From Macrostomum lignano (taxonomy: Eukaryota): a DNA stretch of 64,000 nt. The position numbers and the translations under genes are program-made. The stretch covers positions 37,608 to 101,607 of the forward strand of contig NIVC01003365.1 in the NCBI GenBank assembly GCA_002269645.1, read 5' to 3'. The notes below the pieces were generated by a model. That model did no database searches. It had not been told where the DNA came from and was given only the letters and a program-made list of their open reading frames with translations. The number at the start of each line of letters is the position of its first letter. Within the stretch, counting starts at the first letter, position 1. Of this stretch, positions 39,501-48,592 are shown piece by piece.

Positions 39501-42500
39501 GAATTCGCGGAACCGCCGCTCCTGACAAAATCTCAATGCTGATTCCGGATCTCAACCTATTGATCCCCGCACTGCCAACTATCGTAGGAGGTGGAGCTTC
39601 AAAGCCAGCCGATGCGCTGACTTGAAATCAACGTCAGTTAGCGTTGGCGCTAAAACCAATCCGCCTGCGACTTCCAGTTCGCAAGCGCCACGCATCCGGG
39701 GCACGGCAGCGCCGGATCGTGCGTCAATGCTCATCCCCATGCTTCCTGGCAAACCAGCTGCTACCCCTGTGAAGCCGGCTACGACTGCGACAGCACCGAC
39801 TCCTACAACACCGGTCAGGATTCGAGGCACTGCAGCGCCAGACGGAGTAAACCTGCTGATCCCTACGCTATCACTGGGCTCAGCTGCTAATACCACAACT
39901 ATGGCTCCCAGTACAACTGTTCCAACGACAACTGCGGCGGCATCTGTTAGCACAGTTGCATCCGTGAATGGAATTCCCGCCGCACCTTCTAACGCTGCAA
40001 CGCCAGGCGCTTTTGCTCCGGGAGTAACGAGCGGGTCGTCAGGCAGCTTCACAGTGAAGGGCTTTGTTTCTCCGGCTCAAGGACTTGGTAAAGCCAACAC
40101 AATGGGTGCGTTCCGAGTAACGTCTCTGCTTAACATGAAACGGCCGCCTCCACCGCCCCCACCGAGGCCCGGAGGCAACCACGGACGGTTCCAACATTCA
40201 GCATTCCGACTGCCGCCCAAGTTCCACCTACCTGCACCATCGGGAGGCAGGCCGGCTTTCAGGCTGCCGGGCCAGTTTAAACCGCCTCCGGCGTTCCGTC
40301 CACCCGGCGGTGGCAGCTTTGGAAAGTTTAATCCTGGCAAGCCAGTTTTCCGCCTGCCTGGAGCTGGCTCTTTCAATCCGCCGGGAAAGCCAGGCACAAA
40401 GAATTCGAGTCCGTCTGTGCCTCACACTCCGGCCGCGGCTAGCCCTGCCCAACCGGTGACTCCTAAGTCATCAGCATCGACCCCGGCTCCCCCACCAGGC
40501 CTAAAGCCAGTCCCATCAGGCCAGCAGGCTTCAGTTGCGCCCACTAAACCGACTACAAAGGCGCCAGTGCCGATGTCGAGCCAGGGAACCAGAATTCGTG
40601 GCACTGCTGCCGACGATCGCGTGGACCTACGAATTCCAACTCTGCCGAACTTGCTGCCTCTGCCAACTTCTCCAAGGACTAAGCTGTTTACAAAGCGCTC
40701 AACGCCGTCAACTAGATCCATGCCGAGCATTGGTCCCCATACAAGCGCTACCGCTAAGCGAAAACTTACTTCGGCCGCTCCAGTCACTAGCAAGCCTCTA
40801 CGCCCATCTTTCCCGGGTATTCCGCCAGCGGGACCGCACGCGCCGCCCGGTGGACAAGGTTCCAGCCCGGCAACGCCTAAGAAGCCGACAACAGTTGCGA
40901 CAACAACATCGATGGGTACTCGAGCTACTAACAGTTGGGTGATGATTGGTGGCAGCAACTGTACATGCACATCAGGCAAGACCACCTGCGTTGGAGGGCA
41001 CGAGGACTCGCTAGCTGCCTGGTCTACGTGGACAGCGTGGTCCAACTGCAGCGCCCACTGTGGCCAGGGCAAGCAGTACAGGTTCCGCCAGTGTTCTGGC
41101 CCAGCCTGCGTTGGAAACGGTCACGCCAATGAGTCCAGAGCTTGCACCGGAGTGGACTGCTACTGCGTCTTCAGCCGAGCCAAACTACAGTGGCTGCTAA
41201 CTGATGATTACTATCACGCCGAGATGTGGGTCGAACGTGACGGAAAACCAGGCCTGAGCAGTCCTCTGGAAACAGTGAACGACGGCGATAGACTCGAAAG
41301 CGGCTCGGTGCTGCAGGTCGGCTGCCTTCGTTGCACCTGCAAGGACGGCGGATTTGCCTGCAAACTGCAGCGCTGCGCCAGCGACTGTCAATGGAGCGCC
41401 TGGCAGCCGTGGGCCACGTGCAGTGCCACCTGCGGAGGCGGCTTGCAGACAAGACTACGGACGATTCACAAGCCAGCTGTAGCCGACGGTGCGCCTTGCC
41501 AGGCGAGCGGCTTCACGGACACGCAGGCCTGCAACCTGGATCCATGCCCTGGCTGCTCCTGGTCCAGCTGGTCACAGTGGAGCAACTGCACCGGCAGCGC
41601 TACCAGCGACATCGGAGTGCGAGAACGGCGACGCCAGCCGATCGGCAGCTGCAAAGAAGCCGACCGCGACCTGCAGCCGTGCCAACTGCGCCCGGCACAG
41701 TCCAAATGCAAGCCCGGCCAGCTGCACAGCGCCTGTCACAACGTTACAGGCTGCGAGGTGGCTTGCTCTGCCGGCGCTAACGCTAGGACCCTCTGCTCAC
41801 AGACTGACGCGTGCCTAAGTGGCTGCCTGTGCCCCAAGGGTCAAGTGATGGGCCCGAATGGACAGTGCGTTGCCACTGACAAGTGCAGATGCTTGCCAAA
41901 ATCAATCAACTGTTCAAACTGGTAAGTTTCGAGGTCAGTCTTGAGTAATACACACTGAAAACTTCTTGCAGAATAGATGAGGGGCAACATCCCGCACGCC
42001 TAGACTAGTCAAGGAGCACTAGTAATATATATTCTGGAAGTCCTTGGCTGTAGTTTTTACAACGTTTTTAGACACTGCACTTCCTAGGAATGGAAATTTT
42101 CAGCTCAAAAGCGTTCTCGAACGACATCGGAGTGCGAGAACGACGACGCCAACTGATCGGCAGCTGCAACGAAGCCGACCTTTTCGACATGTTTTGATTA
42201 GTTCTCGGTCCAGAGTTATAAAGTCGCCCTTCTAATCAAACTTTGCCCATCCAATCGAGTAGAAAGTATTTTGAATTATCGCAACTTGAACACCAAGAAA
42301 TTCCACTCCGCAGCTTCAAGCCAGTCTGCCTGAACGGCCAGCCGACCTGCCTGCCGGACATGAACTGCCAGCGTCTCTACACCGAGTGGTCGGCCTGGTC
42401 GGCTTGCTCAGCCGCCTGCGGCGAGGGTCTCAGCCACCGAACTCGCCAGCTGCTGCAGGAGGGCCGCCGGCCAGCCGGCTGCGGCAAGTCGGACCTGATC

Positions 42501-45500
42501 GAGACGCGCCACTGCAACGCCCGGCCGTGCGGCTACGCTTGCAAAGATCGGAATGGCGACTTGTACACCGAGGGACAGGCTATGCCGGCGCTGGACCAGT
42601 GCTCCATGTGGTGAGCTCAAGCTCTTCATGCATGTACACCCGTGCATCTCCTACATGCGTGTCTAATAGTGAGATTCGATCTGGCCTGGACCTCAGCATG
42701 CAGTTAGATACAGACGTTCGAAATCATATTTAATCAACTACAAGCCTCACCCTTTTAATGTCGGTGGTGACTTTTAATGTCGGTTGGTGACTTTTAATGT
42801 CGGTTGGTGACTTTTAATGTCGGTGGTGACTTCTAATGTTGTCAAGCATTCCGCAACCTTTATTGCACGCATTATATTGGAGATTACACTATTTATTTTT
42901 TAATACTGTACGCGTATGCGTAATTCCAAACTGTTTCTCGCACAGACAGCATTATTAACATCCTCAACCAACTGCAGCTTCTGCCGCGCCAATCGCACCG
43001 AGTGTGTCAGCAAGGCGAAGGTAGGCGAGCCGGTGCCCACCCCGGTCTGGTCGGCCTGGTCAACCTGGAGCTCCTGCGTCAGCGCGGCTGCCAACAACCG
43101 ACGCCAGGAGCGGCGCCGCCGGTGCGTGCGCATCTGTCCAGACGACCCCAGGAAGTGCGGAGAGTTCTTCGACAAGGAGGAATCGGTCGAATGGAAGGCT
43201 TGCCTTCCCAAAACACCGCGTAAGCACTTTGAAATGACAGTGTTGGGACGGGTGGGGGTCGCAACTCTCCCATTTCTACCGCAGCTCAGCGCTGCTTCAA
43301 GCGTACTAACCGATATCAACTCAGCTTAACTTGCATGTTCTGGCGACCTCTCTTCTCCCCAGTTCTGAAACGAGACTGCATTGTGTCGCCGGATTGGATC
43401 GAGGGCACCTGCTACGCCAACTGCATGGTCCGCTCCGCTGTGGCCAGAGGATTCCGCACTCTCTACCGGCGAATCCTTCAGCTGCCGGCGAACGGAGGCG
43501 CTCCGTGCCCCGAGCTGCGCCGCGAAGACGTGCCGTGCACGAAGACCTGCCCAGTCGACTGCTCGCAGACCGCCTGGTCTGCCTGGGGCGCCTGCGTCCG
43601 CGCCTCCAACTCCGGCTGCTCCGGCCTGCAAGTGCGGTCGCGCGGCGTCTTAGTGCCGCCCGCCAACGGAGGCCGCGCCTGCGAGGACGCCAAGCAGCTT
43701 CGGTCCTGTCTGGCGCCCGGCTGCCAGACCAGCGCCTGTCGGGCTCCAATGACGAAGCAGCCGCTACAGCAGAGCCGATGCATCGTCCGCTGCTCTGATC
43801 TGGCCAGCGAAGACAAGTGCGCGCCAGTCCAGGCTGCCAACGCTGCGGCCGTCAATGCAACAGTGTGTGCCTGTCCTGCTGGCCAGTACGAACAGGACGG
43901 TCGCTGCGTGGCCAAGCAGGCCTGCCGATGCCGCTGGAACGAGGAACTGATGGGCCAGCGAAGTCCCGGCACCAGGGAGGAGTTCGCAGCCGGGGAGCGG
44001 CTTGTCATGGGCTGCAAGAACTGGTGAGCGGCGGTGAACTCTTCTGCACTTACTAAATACCCATTGAAGCACATGTACTACTGTTCAAACAACCAATGTA
44101 CTGACTGCATAGTGGCCTATCCTGCAATCAGAGAATACAGATGATTGTAAGGTGGCTTAGACCACTGCCACAAATCAAGACGACATGACAGTCGACCCCT
44201 GAACACCCCACCCGGATGCGTATGCGGGCTCACACAGGGTGTACAGTAGGGGGCGTAGCCTAGCGGTCTAACGCAGCGCTCTGATGTTTCAGCGGCCCAG
44301 GCTCGATTCCAAGTCCAGTCATAATAATTTGGGGTTAAATTGGAATCTCGGCTTGGCTCTGCTCGTGCAATTAACGGCCAGCTTGAGGGCCAACCTCCAA
44401 GGCACAGTGAAGTGTATATGCCTAACGATAAATAAAGTCAGGGCCGCTGTACACTCCTGTGTGAGTGTGTGCCTGTGCGTATGACTGCGTACGTATCCTT
44501 GCGCTTGTGTGCCTGCTCAGGGGATGCTCAGTGCATACTACTAGCACACAGCCACCTTCCTCTGCCTCTAATACAGGGTGTACTGCACCCCTGACATTCT
44601 TATCGTCAGGAGTGTACACTTTTTGTAGCTTTTGTGGGTTGCCCTTTATTGGCCAGAATAGTGCAGAAAACTCTGGGCCAATATTCGTGCACTAAAGCCC
44701 CAAGTTGAGTGTGGCTCACTCACGGAATTTAACCCATGGGGCCGTATGGCGCGAGGGTCGGACGCGTTTACCGCTGAGCAGCCCCCACCCATGTAAAGGT
44801 GGCTACCTGATTGCTAATTATCGTTACTCTGCCGGTATTTAACAGCACCTGCCAGGACGGAGTGTTCAAGTGCAACCGGCTGTCGAGCTGCTCGGACGAG
44901 TGCCACTGGTCCAACTGGCGTCCCGAAGGCAAATGCACCGCCGGCTGCCGGCTCAAGCCGGGCCTGCAGAAGTTTGTGCGCTCGCCGAGAAACTCGGACT
45001 ACCTGCCGACTAAGGCCTGCCAGGGACCGTCGGTGAAATACGAGCTGTGCAGCTCAACTCGAAGCTGCGGTAAGTGTGCAAAAAATATGAAACTTTTGTC
45101 TAAATGTCAATCTACAAATGAGTACTAAGTCTCTCTAAACTTTCCGATCTCTAAGTTGTGTACCGCACAAAATGCAATAAGCATCAGCCCGGTAGCAGAC
45201 CCTAAATTTCAGCTGCCGTCATCCAGATTCATAAGCCCTAATCTTTCCAATTCCTAACTGACAACGCCTTGAAAGCTCAATAAAACAGTTAAGGGTTCAG
45301 GGGGGTTCTAGTTTAGTGGTGAGAGTGTCGGACTCGCGACTTGAAGGTCGGGGGTTCGATTCCCGATCCCACTAGGAACAATTTGTGTCCTTAAGCAAGG
45401 CATTTAACTCTGATTGCTTCAGTTCACCAGCTTAAAATGGTGCCAGCATTAGCTGGGGTAATTGAGGGTGCGTGGCGACCCCCAGTCCTTGGACTGAACA

Positions 45501-47151
45501 GCCTTCAGATGCGCCGCGCAATAGCTGCGGCTGAGCTGTGGTTGCACATCTGGCCCAATTGGGGCAGGTGTAATCAAGTACGATTATTTATGGTTATTAT
45601 TAATTGGTTTATAAAACGCTTAGGCGCTGGGAAGTGTTGCCTCATAGGCGTCGCCCTTCATCCTCACTTCCCCTTCCCGTCCATCCAGACTCGCTGTGCC
45701 CCAGCGGACAGCGCTACAACGAATTTGGCGAGTGCGATGAGCAGTGCTACTCAGCGGGCAGCCTCGGACAGCCGCAGCGTCAGCGCTGCCCAGAGCAGGC
45801 CTGCGTCTGCGCGCGCGGTCTGGTGAAACGTGGCGACTCGTGCGTGCCCAAATCCGAGTGCTACAAGTGCTCCAGCGGCAATACTACTCTGCCGGTGAGT
45901 AGTTAAGTGGTACACGTGTAGGATTTTAATAATTTTGCTTTCGGAAGTTTGACCCGCTGCTTATATATACTACTAGGAATATCAGCATGTAGCCTGTAGG
46001 CCAAGCGTCATTCAGAACAAACAATTCATTCGCATTTTTCATTTAAACAGGACGGCGGCTACTCCGTGGACTTGGCAGCCTGCCAGATTGTCACCTGCGA
46101 CAAGGGCAGAACAAGCGCTGTGCCGCTCAGCGTCGACCAGATGCCGGCCTGCAGTCTGGAGGACGAACGGATCGCCCAGTCAGCGCCAGTAAGCACCTGT
46201 TTAGCTGCTTTTCTGCTCGCGTGAATGTTGCAGTCTGGCTTAGGAGGCAAGTCTTAGTCTCACTCAGGGTGGTACAGTCTCACTCAGGGAGGTACAGTCT
46301 CACTCAGGGAGGTACAGTCTCACTCAGGGAGGCACGGTCTCACTCAGGGAGGCACAGTCTCACTCAGGGAGGCACAGTCTCACTCAGGGAGGTACAGTCT
46401 CACTCAGGGAGGTACAGTCTCACTCAGGGAGGCACAGTCTCACTCAGGGAGGCACAGTCTCACTCAGGGAGGTACAGTCTCACTCAGGGAGGCACAGTCT
46501 CACTCAGGGAGGCACAGTCTCACTCAGGGAGGCACAGTCTCACTCAGGGGGTACAATCTCATTCAGGGAGGTACAATCTCACTCAGGGAGGTACAGTCTC
46601 ACTCAATGAGGCAGGGTTCCGAGATTTTGTCGATGGTCAAAACCATCCACATATGTGACACTTTATCACAAAATGTTAGTAATGTGCACTCCATATGCCC
46701 AAACAGAAAGTAGCATAGTATGCATAGAATCTATTTAATGCAACACGACCGTTCGCACCGCCAGAAGGCGAAGGACCCCAACCGCTGCTGCTACCGGGCT
46801 TCGGCTTCCGCCTGCTCGCGCGAGGAGGTGTCAATCTCGAAGTTGGACGACTCCTGCCTGCTGACTTCGCCAATCCGGGTGCCGCACTGCCGCGGCCAGT
46901 GTCCGCAGGCGTCGCCGCTGATCGCGCCGCGACGTTCCGACGTTGTCGCCGCCGAGGTCGCAGCCGCCGACAGCAGCCAGGTGTACCTGTTGAAGCTGCC
47001 AGGCGCTCACTGCACCGGCTGCCTGCCTGACAGGGTGCAGTACTCGCCCACTACGCTGACAGTGAAGTGCAAATCTGGCGAGAGTCGCCAGCTTCGGATG
47101 CCGATCGTGGGCGCGTGCCACTGCAAGCAGGTGCCGTGCCCATCCACCTGA
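491..47151 (+). CDS. ap2: Giant adhesive/mucin-like secreted protein gene (span of coding exons visible; 5' end upstream of window), matching Macrostomum adhesive protein 2
   Basis: Chain of GT-AG exons with compatible phases: 491-586, 1688-1817, 1922-2010, 3059-3172, 3254-38400, 38462-38556, 38628-38842, 38918-39085, 39216-41921, 42314-42610, 42978-43219, 43363-44023, 44846-45069, 45689-45894, 46051-46188, 46765-47151. Encodes TIL/VWC-like, LDLa, 21x255-aa and 25x221-aa repeats, TSP1, TIL and cystine-knot modules. Repeat sizes and counts match what I recall for Mlig-ap2 (recognition from memory, not a search). Confidence 0.88.
911..1528. mobile_element. Foldback/MITE-like element with long imperfect terminal inverted repeats
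   Basis: 911-1016 plus 1121-1206 are the reverse complement of 1354-1528. The left arm has ~100 bp of extra internal sequence. No coding capacity; TSD not resolved. Confidence 0.65.
1688..1817 (+). CDS. ap2: ap2 exon (DCRCRMGGQW...CRYRAAVYQTGDSAKLGCRQC), TIL end plus VWC-like start
   Basis: ctgcag| acceptor and TG|gtgag donor; phase 1-2. Confidence 0.8.
1922..2010 (+). CDS. ap2: ap2 exon (CTCREGKWIRCDNKDCY...)
   Basis: tcaag| acceptor and G|gtaag donor; phase 2-1; completes the CxCxxG motif. Confidence 0.8.
2053..2955. repeat. Intronic minisatellite, 29-bp unit gagctattgaattgtctatggtagagagt with a 27-bp variant
   Basis: About 30 tandem copies visible. Confidence 0.95.
3059..3172 (+). CDS. 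ap2: ap2 exon, LDL-receptor class A module ([36 protein letters not shown])
   Basis: Six Cys with the DCxDGSDE signature; tttcag| acceptor and G|gtagg donor; phase 1-1. Confidence 0.92.
3254..38400 (+). CDS. ap2: ap2 giant exon (~35 kb): second LDLa, four unique ~125-140-aa modules, repeat array 1 and repeat array 2; contains 18 one-base deletions in this assembly
   Basis: ttgcag| acceptor at 3253 opens in the same frame as ORF 3562 (GCPAFKLKCRRSNLC...DDSDEENC). No intron-like sequence appears until 38401. ORFs 3562 and 20548 are in the same frame. Confidence 0.8.
5212..21296 (+). repeat. Coding tandem repeat 1: 21 units of 765 bp/255 aa (17 units read 764 bp)
   Basis: VCKKKMAF motif occurs 21 times (5296, 6061, 6825 ... 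19814, 20578); the units are essentially identical. Confidence 0.95.
21376..38400 (+). repeat. Coding tandem repeat 2: 25 full units of 663 bp/221 aa plus a truncated 26th
   Basis: VCLRKSV recurs every 663 bp from 21418 to 37993, in frame throughout. The last unit stops at ...PKFVR. Confidence 0.95.
38462..38556 (+). CDS. ap2: ap2 small exon missed by the ORF track (DDFYPCMNCTHNGTSYIEGSIVSLNGVKCDH), VWC-like start
   Basis: gtgtcag| acceptor and CA|gtaagt donor. Phase 0-2 bridges the giant exon (phase 0) to the 38628 exon (phase 2). The CxHNGxxYxEG pattern resembles other VWC-like starts. Confidence 0.75.
38628..38842 (+). CDS. ap2: ap2 exon, TSP1 repeat (WSSWSNCSSECDAGFKTRMKIC)
   Basis: WxxWxxCS...R motif; ttttag| acceptor and A|gtatgt donor. 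Confidence 0.88.
38918..39085 (+). CDS. ap2: ap2 exon, TSP1 repeat (WGPWSPCSGEC)
   Basis: tttcag| acceptor and C|gtaag donor; phase 1-1. Confidence 0.88.
39216..41921 (+). CDS. ap2: ap2 exon: TIL, Thr/Ala/Pro-rich region, Pro/Gly/Phe-rich region, three TSP1 repeats, TIL; one frameshift near 39620
   Basis: ORFs 39215-39625 and 39622-41925 overlap in different frames; tttcag| acceptor and TG|gtaag donor. Confidence 0.85.
42122..42180 (+). pseudogene. Intronic 59-bp diverged copy of ap2 exon sequence 41607-41665
   Basis: 55 of 59 nt identical by hand alignment. Confidence 0.85.
42314..42610 (+). CDS. ap2: ap2 exon, TSP1 plus VWC-like start
   Basis: ccgcag| acceptor and TG|gtgag donor; WSAWSACSAACGEG. 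Confidence 0.88.
42760..42840. repeat. Short tandem repeat, 21-22-bp unit ttttaatgtcgg(t)tggtgac x4
   Basis: Directly visible; duplicate at ~54290-54375. Confidence 0.85.
42978..43219 (+). CDS. ap2: ap2 exon, TSP1-like (WSAWSTWSSC)
   Basis: ctgcag| acceptor and C|gtaag donor; phase 2-1. Confidence 0.85.
43363..44023 (+). CDS. ap2: ap2 exon, two TSP1-like repeats, TIL and VWC-like start
   Basis: ccccag| acceptor and TG|gtgag donor; phase 1-2; Cys-rich ORF 43335-44027. Confidence 0.88.
44249..44572 (+). mobile_element. tRNA-derived SINE-like element (family A); duplicate at ~55786-56110
   Basis: Pol III A-box-like TAGCCTAGCGG (44256) and B-box-like GCTCGATTCC (44301). An 11-bp direct repeat ACAGGGTGTAC at 44234-44244 and 44573-44583 may be a TSD. 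Confidence 0.55.
44846..45069 (+). CDS. ap2: ap2 exon, VWC-like end plus TSP1-like repeat
   Basis: taacag| acceptor and G|gtaag donor; phase 2-1. Confidence 0.85.
45300..45605 (+). mobile_element. tRNA-derived SINE with CORE/MIR-like central domain (family B); duplicate at ~56839-57150
   Basis: A box TAGTTTAGTGG (45309) and B box GGTTCGATTCC (45353), then tgtgtccttaagcaaggca(c/t)ttaactc...cttcagtt...taaaatgg resembling the MIR core; (TTA)-like tail. Confidence 0.7.
45689..45894 (+). CDS. ap2: ap2 exon, TIL domain
   Basis: atccag| acceptor and CCG|gtgagt donor; CPSGQRY...C...C...CVCARG...C pattern. Confidence 0.88.
46051..46188 (+). CDS. ap2: ap2 penultimate exon (DGGYSVDLAACQIVTCDKG...)
   Basis: aaacag| acceptor and CCA|gtaag donor; phase 0-0; open for 46 codons. 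Confidence 0.8.
46254..46610. repeat. Intronic minisatellite, 20-bp unit cagtctcactcagggagg(t/c)a; duplicate ~57800-58152
   Basis: About 17 tandem copies. Confidence 0.95.
46765..47151 (+). CDS. ap2: ap2 last exon, C-terminal cystine-knot (CTCK)-like domain, stop TGA
   Basis: cgccag| acceptor; C..C..CxGxC..CxxC..C..CxC spacing as in mucin/VWF C-termini. Confidence 0.85.
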   Translation, partial: KAKDPNRCCYRASASACSREEVSISKLDDSCLLTSPIRVPHCRGQCPQASPLIAPRRSDVVAAEVAAADSSQVYLLKLPGAHCTGCLPDRVQYSPTTLTVKCKSGESRQLRMPIVGACHCKQVPCPST

Positions 47152-47795
47152 ACCACCCAGCTGACAACATTAGATTGAGGATACTAATCAGATTTATTAA
47201 CTCTCTAGAGAACCTGAATCCGGTGGTTGGTTTGACAAAAACTTATCTCATAGATTATTAATCTAAAGCAGAGATTAATGTCTCAATGCTGTTTTGTTAA
47301 AACTTTTCCCTACTACTTCTAGTAATATTGTTTGGTATTAACTGCAATCCATCAGGCTAATGTGTAGAAAAAAAGACGTTAAAATGAATTGGGAATAGCA
47401 TTTGTTTAAACAAAAAGTGCTTAGCACAAGACACAGAATCACACAACATCAATAGACAAGCTGTGAAGGACTGCGTGATACCAAACTAAACTATAGCTGT
47501 GTTCCATCGAACGAAACCTAATCTAAACTCTAAACTATTCAATACTGCGGATATTTAACATTTGACAGGCAAAACTTTGGTTGAAGAGATCCCCGAAAAA
47601 AATTCATCGATTTTTGTTGTGCTACTGTCGAAAGAAAGATTTTTATTTTGATTGGGCTGAAAAATAGTAATTAAAATTAAAGGTTATTACTCTGTCATCC
47701 ACAAATATACTTTAAAATATTTTATCAAGTGCGACGATTAAACAACAAGTAATATAATCTGTCTTTTAACAAAAAATTTTTCTCAAAAAACAAGG

Positions 47796-48000
47796 GACAC
47801 TCACCTCACGCTTCGCCTAACTATGAACCTTATCTCCTCCTGACACCCACTTACGCTTCGCCTAACTATGAACCTTATCTCCTCCTGACACCCACTTACG
47901 CTTCGCCTAACTATGAACCTTACCCCCTCCTGACACCCACCTCACGCTTCGCCTAGCTCAGACCCTACTCCCTCCTGACACCCACCTCACGCTTCGCCTC
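47796..48000. repeat. 46-bp tandem repeat x~4.4 (cacctcacgcttcgcctaactatgaacc...); duplicate ~59340-59545
   Basis: Unit starts at 47802, 47848 and onward. Confidence 0.9.
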
Positions 48001-48592
48001 TAAGACCCTAGAGTTATAAAACGTCGCGAAAATAAAAATTCCACTCGGGCTTAAAATCCTGTCCCTGGTAGGGACGGCAACTGTTGAGACAAGGAACACT
48101 AGAAGTTACCGTACAACGGAAATCGCTTGCTTGTGTTGAGACTTGAGATTTAGGTGCTATCAGTAATCGGAACGAAACACGTCAGCAAGGCTATAAATAC
48201 GAGGAATGGAACAATTATTTAACCGAACTGAGAGCAGAGAATTGAATACAGTGTCTGCGCGTAATTAAAAGTGCCTGCAAAGGGCGACCGAGTGTGATCG
48301 GGAACGGAGAGCTATTATTAGCATGCTGCAATTATGAGAAATGAAGTTGCTCTGACGAGCTGGATTCTATTTTTAACTTAACTACAACTCGGTTCACTTA
48401 AACAGTAAAGTAATTAATTGCCGCGTAAATATTTGTAATAGAAGAATAAAAATATTTTGTATTTGTCATTTACTCACACTAGACGCGAGTAGAGGGGCGC
48501 TACACTTCTTAAATAATGTAAATAAAAATAATGTCTTTAGATGTAGTGTCTACAGATGTTACCATATCGTTCAGTCAAAAACATTTTTATGG

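Noticed and set aside
45300-45375. Functional tRNA genes at 44249-44320 and 45300-45375 (and duplicates)
   Set aside because: A and B boxes are present but I could not close a proper acceptor stem, and each continues into a SINE-like body rather than a T-run terminator.
48345-48380. Possible hammerhead ribozyme core (ctgacgag)
   Set aside because: No stem II followed by GAAA and no compatible cleavage triplet could be found by eye.
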